A stretch of DNA of 64,000 bases from positions 186,001 to 250,000 of the forward strand of contig NW_003314295.1 of the NCBI RefSeq assembly GCF_000143415.4, in the 5' to 3' direction. Below the pieces are notes generated by a model. That model was not told the origin of the DNA. It saw only the letters and a program-made list of their open reading frames with translations, and did no database searches. Both the position numbers and the translations under genes were made by a program. The number at the start of each line of letters is the position of its first letter. Within the stretch, counting starts at the first letter, position 1. This document shows positions 61,801 through 64,000 of the stretch, piece after piece. This DNA is from Selaginella moellendorffii (taxonomy: Eukaryota; Plantae; Lycopodiophyta).

Positions 61801-64000
61801 ACCCGAATTAGTGATTTTAAACTCCGACAATGAAGCTCAACCATCACCAGCTCGACAACAATGCCAAGACTCAATACCAGAAAACCGACAGACAAATCGT
61901 CCAACATCGACACCGACACCAGAACACAATTCGGCAAACTTCAACAAAATCCAAGCAGTAGCCGAGACTATCCTCAACCAAAACATTCAGATCACCGTCG
62001 GCCAACTGCTGAAGATTGCACCCTACCTCACCAATCAGCTCATTGATCTGACATCTGCACCGACCAACACTTTGACAGACTCGTCCACACTCAACTCGAC
62101 ACAGACAGCTGTTGACACATTTCGCACCGAGATTCAACCAGGCGATTGTGACAATGATGTTCCGACAATTGACCTACGACTTGACAAACACCTTGTTCGA
62201 GGAGCCATAATTGACGGTGGCTCCAGCATTAATATTATTGAAGAAAGTCTTGTTCAACAACTCAACATCGGCCCAGTGCACCCAGCACCTTTCAATGTCC
62301 GAATGGCCGACCACCGATCTGTTCAACCCAAAGGCATCATCCAAAAAGTCAACACCACCATTCAAGGCATTGTAATACCAGTCAACTATGTCGTCCTCAA
62401 ACTACTGGAGCAGACCGACAGATTCTCCTCGGTCGACCTTGGCTCCAAACTGCCCAAGTTTATCAAGATTGGCCCAATGACAATCTTATCCTTCGCGGAC
62501 CAGACAGACCGACAACTGTGTCGACAAAAGCGACTAAATCACTGTCCAGCCACAACCGACCTATTGACTTGGAAGAATATAATCTCAAAGATGGCCTCGA
62601 CGACTATCAAGAACAACAAATTCTCAAAGCCTACCCCGATCTTGAACCTTTGGCCGAGATCGACCTGTTTCGAATCATCGCAGACTTCCAACGAGAACGA
62701 CCCCCGATTACATCAGCACTGAAAAATCCAGTCACTCGAGATACAAAACTCGAAGCGCCACTGGCATTCACAGTCGACAAGCACAACAAAGTTGCCTACA
62801 TTCCATCCATTCCAGCCGACCAAAAACTCGAAAAAGTCAGCCTTGCCGACGACGGCAACGAACACTACATTGTACTCGCCACTGACATCTCGGCAAGTTT
62901 TCGAGACAAAGGCATCAATCTTCTCCGAAAGAAGAAACACTTGTTCGCTTGGAGTTATCGAGACCTTAAGGGAGTTTCACCAAAACTCAGCCTTCACACC
63001 ATCACCCTTCTTCCAGACTCAAAACCAAGAAGACAAGCAGCCTACTGGATGAATCCGAATCTGATGGAACAAGTAAAGAAAGAACTCGACAAGCTTCTCC
63101 AAGTCGAGTACATCTACCCAATTCAGAATCCGATATGGCTTTCACCACTGGTGGTTGTGCCAAAGAAAAATGGCAAACTTCGAATCTGCGTCAACTATAA
63201 ACAGCTCAACGGCGCCACCGAAAAAGATGTCTTCCCGATACCATTTACCGACGAAGTTCTTGACGCAGTCGCCGGACATGAAATGTATTCCTTCCTCGAT
63301 GGTTTCTCCGGCTACAACCAAATTCACATCGCCGAAGAAGATCAGCACAAGACAGCATTCATCAGTCCATGGGGAGCCTATGCCTATCGACAAATGCCTT
63401 TTGGACTCTGCAACGCCCCATTCACCTTCCAAAGGCTTGTCACCAACACTTTCCGAGACTACCTCACTGACTTCATGAGAGTCTTCATGGACGACTTCAG
63501 CATTTTCAGCTCGGAAGATCGACATCTTGAATGCCTGGAGAAATGCCTCAACAAGTGCGAGGAGAACAACATAGCACTCAACCCCGACAAATGCGCTTTC
63601 TATGTCAAATCTGGAGTACTTCTCGGCCACATCTGCAAAGACGGCATTCTCATCGACAAGGACAAAGTTGACGTCATCTCCAAACTCGAACCGCCGAAGA
63701 ATCAGAAAGAACTTCGGTGCTTCCTCGGCAAAGTCGGATATCACCGACGATTCATCCACAAGTATGCTCACATCGCCAAACCACTCACCGATGGACTGAA
63801 ACAAGATGCCCAATGGACATGGACGTCCGAACAGCAACAAGCATTCGACAATCTCCGACTCAAACTAACAACAGCACCAATCCTTGCCAAACCCGACTGG
63901 ACACAAGAGTTCCACATTCATGTTGACACTTCCGACGTCGCCACTGGTGCAATTCTCAGCCAAACTCAACACGACAACCGAGATCAACCGATCTACTACG
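58806..64000 (+). mobile_element. Athila/Tat-like (non-chromovirus) Gypsy element running off the window; its 5' part probably includes ~53200-53872
   Basis: gag from ~60317 (YPLFHGLKSEDAEKHVEQF); two CCHC knuckles (~61003-61107); PR IIDGGSS; LFAWSY; RT FLDGFSGYNQI...FMDDF; RNase H VDTSDVATGAILSQ. Several premature stops and a frameshift near 62420. Confidence 0.88.

Overview
Eukaryotic plant genomic DNA. The ~50-60 nt introns, compact gene spacing and protein sequences suggest a Selaginella-type lycophyte; this is inferred, not verified. A small minus-strand gene island at 7.2-17.4 kb holds an FtsH4 pseudogene, a full-size PDR/ABCG transporter and Elongator ELP3. It is surrounded by nested Ty3/Gypsy LTR retroelements: three copies of different ages of a short-LTR tRNA-Ala-primed family, a chromodomain family with tandem-repeat LTRs, solo LTRs, a TRIM-like tandem element, a young Reina-like element and an Athila/Tat-like element. 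Three signals stand out. (1) A decayed, intron-containing gene at 27.2-30.45 kb appears to fuse a ParB-like domain to a bacterial-type beta-class N6/N4 DNA methyltransferase, with a partial paralogue next to it. (2) A spliceosomal-looking intron interrupts the integrase of the chromoviral element in two copies, just before the GPY/F motif and chromodomain. (3) A G-GGA-AAC slippery site plus H-type pseudoknot forms a -1 frameshift signal at a gag/pol junction. All alignments and translations were done by eye; no searches were run.
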